From positions 23,780 through 50,919 of the forward strand of contig JBKHVI010000014.1 of the NCBI GenBank assembly GCA_046570105.1: a DNA stretch of 27,140 bases, given 5' to 3'. How positions within the stretch are numbered: position 1 is the first letter of the stretch; the number at the start of each line of letters is the position of its first letter. Made by a program: the position numbers and the translations under genes. The notes beneath the pieces were generated by a model. That model was given only the letters and a program-made list of their open reading frames with translations, was not told the origin of the DNA and made no database searches. Of this stretch, positions 25,504 to 27,140 are shown in pieces. This DNA is from Bacteriovoracia bacterium (GTDB taxonomy: Bacteria > Bdellovibrionota > Bacteriovoracia > Bacteriovoracales > Bacteriovoracaceae).

Positions 25504-25746
25504 TTATAGCTTGATGTTGTTCTTCTTAAGCAAAGTTCTCACAGTATCAGAGAGTTGAGCGCCTTTGCTCAACCATGCCTTAATTCCTTCAACATTGATG
25601 CTATTCAATGTTTCCGGTGCTTTAGGATTATACTGACCCAATTTCTCTAGGAATTGGCCGTCACGTGGTGAGCGTGAGTCAGTCGCCACGATTGAGAAAA
25701 TAGGAAGGCCCTTGCGCCCCAAACGTGTCATACGAATCTTAACCAT
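25504..25746 (-). CDS. rpsP: 30S ribosomal protein S16
   Basis: Motifs MVKIRMTRLG, DSRSPRDG and GAQLSDTV. SD GAGGAG. Confidence 0.97.
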   Translation of the reverse strand: MVKIRMTRLGRKGLPIFSIVATDSRSPRDGQFLEKLGQYNPKAPETLNSINVEGIKAWLSKGAQLSDTVRTLLKKNNIKL

Positions 25747-25818
25747 GAAAATGCTCCTCAAATTTATAAGCGCCATTTTTAACGCTTCCCCTAGGGGGAA
25801 GTCAAACATTTCGCTTTA

Positions 25819-27140
25819 TTAGAAATACTTCTTACCAAAAGGACTCTTCTTTCCGCCGGTATTCTTCTCTGACGCAAACGGCTGTGCGTCTTTTGGCGCT
25901 TGGCGAAACCCTTTTACAGGTCCCATACCCGGAATATTGGGCATCGCGCCGCCCTTCATCATTCCCATCATCCCCACCATCATTTTTTCCATCTGCTCAA
26001 ATTTTTGGATGAAATCTTTCACGTCGTTTTCAGTTTTTCCTGAACCACGAGCAATACGTGCCAGACGTGTGGGTTGTTTTAAGAGCTTGGTGTCTTCACG
26101 CTCTTTAACGGTCATGGAGTTAATCATGACTCGCATTTTTTTCATTTCAGCTTCTGCGGGAGAGAGATCACCCAGCTGTCTCATCATGCCGCCCATGCCT
26201 GGAATCATTTTGAGAATAGAACCCATCGAACCGAGCTTGTTGATGGTTTCCATTTGGCGCACGAAATCGGCAATGGTGAAGCGACCTTTCTCAAGGTTCT
26301 TCATCATGCCCATCATGTCGTCTTCATTGATGGCGTCTTGGGCTTTCTCAACCAAAGTCAGCACATCACCCATATCAAGAATGCGTTTGGCGAGACGATC
26401 CGGATGGAATGGCTCGAGATCTTTCATCTTCTCGCCAGTCGAGACAAACTTAAGCGGCACACCGGTCGCATGACGAATCGAAAGTGCAGCACCACCGCGC
26501 GCATCCGAATCCATTTTTGAGAGCACCACACCCGTGAGTTGCACTTTCTCGTGGAAGACTTTGGCGACGTTAACGGCTTCTTGGCCGGTCATGGCATCAG
26601 CTACAAGCAGAACTTCGGCAGCATTGATAGAATTTTTCAAATCAACCAGTTGGCCCATCAATTCTTCATCGACTTGCAGGCGACCAGCAGTATCAATGAT
26701 GACGACGTCTTTACGAAGTTTTTTGGCTTCTTCGATCGCAGCCTTGGCAATCTGAGCAGGTGTCATCGAGAGATCACTGTCAAAGTAATCAATGCTCAAA
26801 TTGCGGGCGTGCGTGAGAAGTTGGTCTTTAGCCGCCGGACGGAAATTATCCGCTGGCACCAAATAGGGATCTTTTTTTAGTTTGCCACGAAGATGAAGCG
26901 CGAGTTTGCCTGAGAATGTGGTTTTACCGGCACCGTTCAAACCCACAATCAAAATGACTGCAGGACTTGGCACATTGAGATTTAATTCTTGATGAGTGTC
27001 CCCCATCAAGGCAGTTAATTGATCATGAACAATTTTGATAAATTGCTGGCCGGGCTCAACACCTTTGAGAACTTTCTCCCCTAGCGCCTCTACTTTTACT
27101 TTTTCAATGAAGTCTTTAACGACTTTGAAATTGACGTCAG
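25819..27140 (-). CDS. ffh: Signal recognition particle protein Ffh (5' end outside window)
   Basis: Frame is open to the window edge (ADVNFKVVKDF...). Motifs GLNGAGKTT, DTAGR, SKMD and Met-rich M domain with RIARGSG. Confidence 0.97.
   Translation of the reverse strand, partial: DVNFKVVKDFIEKVKVEALGEKVLKGVEPGQQFIKIVHDQLTALMGDTHQELNLNVPSPAVILIVGLNGAGKTTFSGKLALHLRGKLKKDPYLVPADNFRPAAKDQLLTHARNLSIDYFDSDLSMTPAQIAKAAIEEAKKLRKDVVIIDTAGRLQVDEELMGQLVDLKNSINAAEVLLVADAMTGQEAVNVAKVFHEKVQLTGVVLSKMDSDARGGAALSIRHATGVPLKFVSTGEKMKDLEPFHPDRLAKRILDMGDVLTLVEKAQDAINEDDMMGMMKNLEKGRFTIADFVRQMETINKLGSMGSILKMIPGMGGMMRQLGDLSPAEAEMKKMRVMINSMTVKEREDTKLLKQPTRLARIARGSGKTENDVKDFIQKFEQMEKMMVGMMGMMKGGAMPNIPGMGPVKGFRQAPKDAQPFASEKNTGGKKSPFGKKYF

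Noticed and set aside
25785..25801. Hairpin CTTCCCC-TAG-GGGGAAG after ffh as a terminator
   Set aside because: No U-tract on the minus strand. It overlaps a possible rpsP promoter spacer (TTGACT at 25800-25805), so its function is unresolved.
1..27140. CRISPR arrays, IS or prophage genes, tRNA/rRNA, defence systems
   Set aside because: No direct-repeat arrays, transposase or integrase motifs, or structural RNA signatures seen by eye; intergenic gaps are short and mostly explained.

Overview
Gene-dense core chromosomal window, probably from a predatory Bdellovibrionota bacterium (Bacteriovoracaceae-like). This is inferred from gene order and from the secreted hydrolases and Cys-rich proteins, not from a search. 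Recognisable blocks are ffh-rpsP-khpA-rimM-trmD-SPOUT methyltransferase-rplS-rnhB-yraN-like, accD-folC-lptD-pabA/trpG-surE-nlpD-like, queF-tatA, rsmI with a class II phosphodiesterase, a STAS protein, and secreted S8 protease and EEP nuclease genes. Highlights not shown in the ORF track: (1) one stop-free minus-strand ORF (<1..1955) fusing a complete ferrochelatase to a TetA/DHA1-like MFS transporter; (2) a candidate ~75-nt sRNA (4266..4340, minus) with two CAGGAUG hairpins of CsrB/RsmZ type, plus a matching GGA-loop hairpin in the STAS gene leader; (3) a single-chain, double-SIS MurQ/GKRP-like protein whose two catalytic Glu motifs are split between its halves; (4) five genes with TAnnnT-N6/7-ATG and no SD, suggesting leaderless transcription; (5) a terminator that sequesters the rimM SD. 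No CRISPR array, mobile element, tRNA or rRNA was seen.
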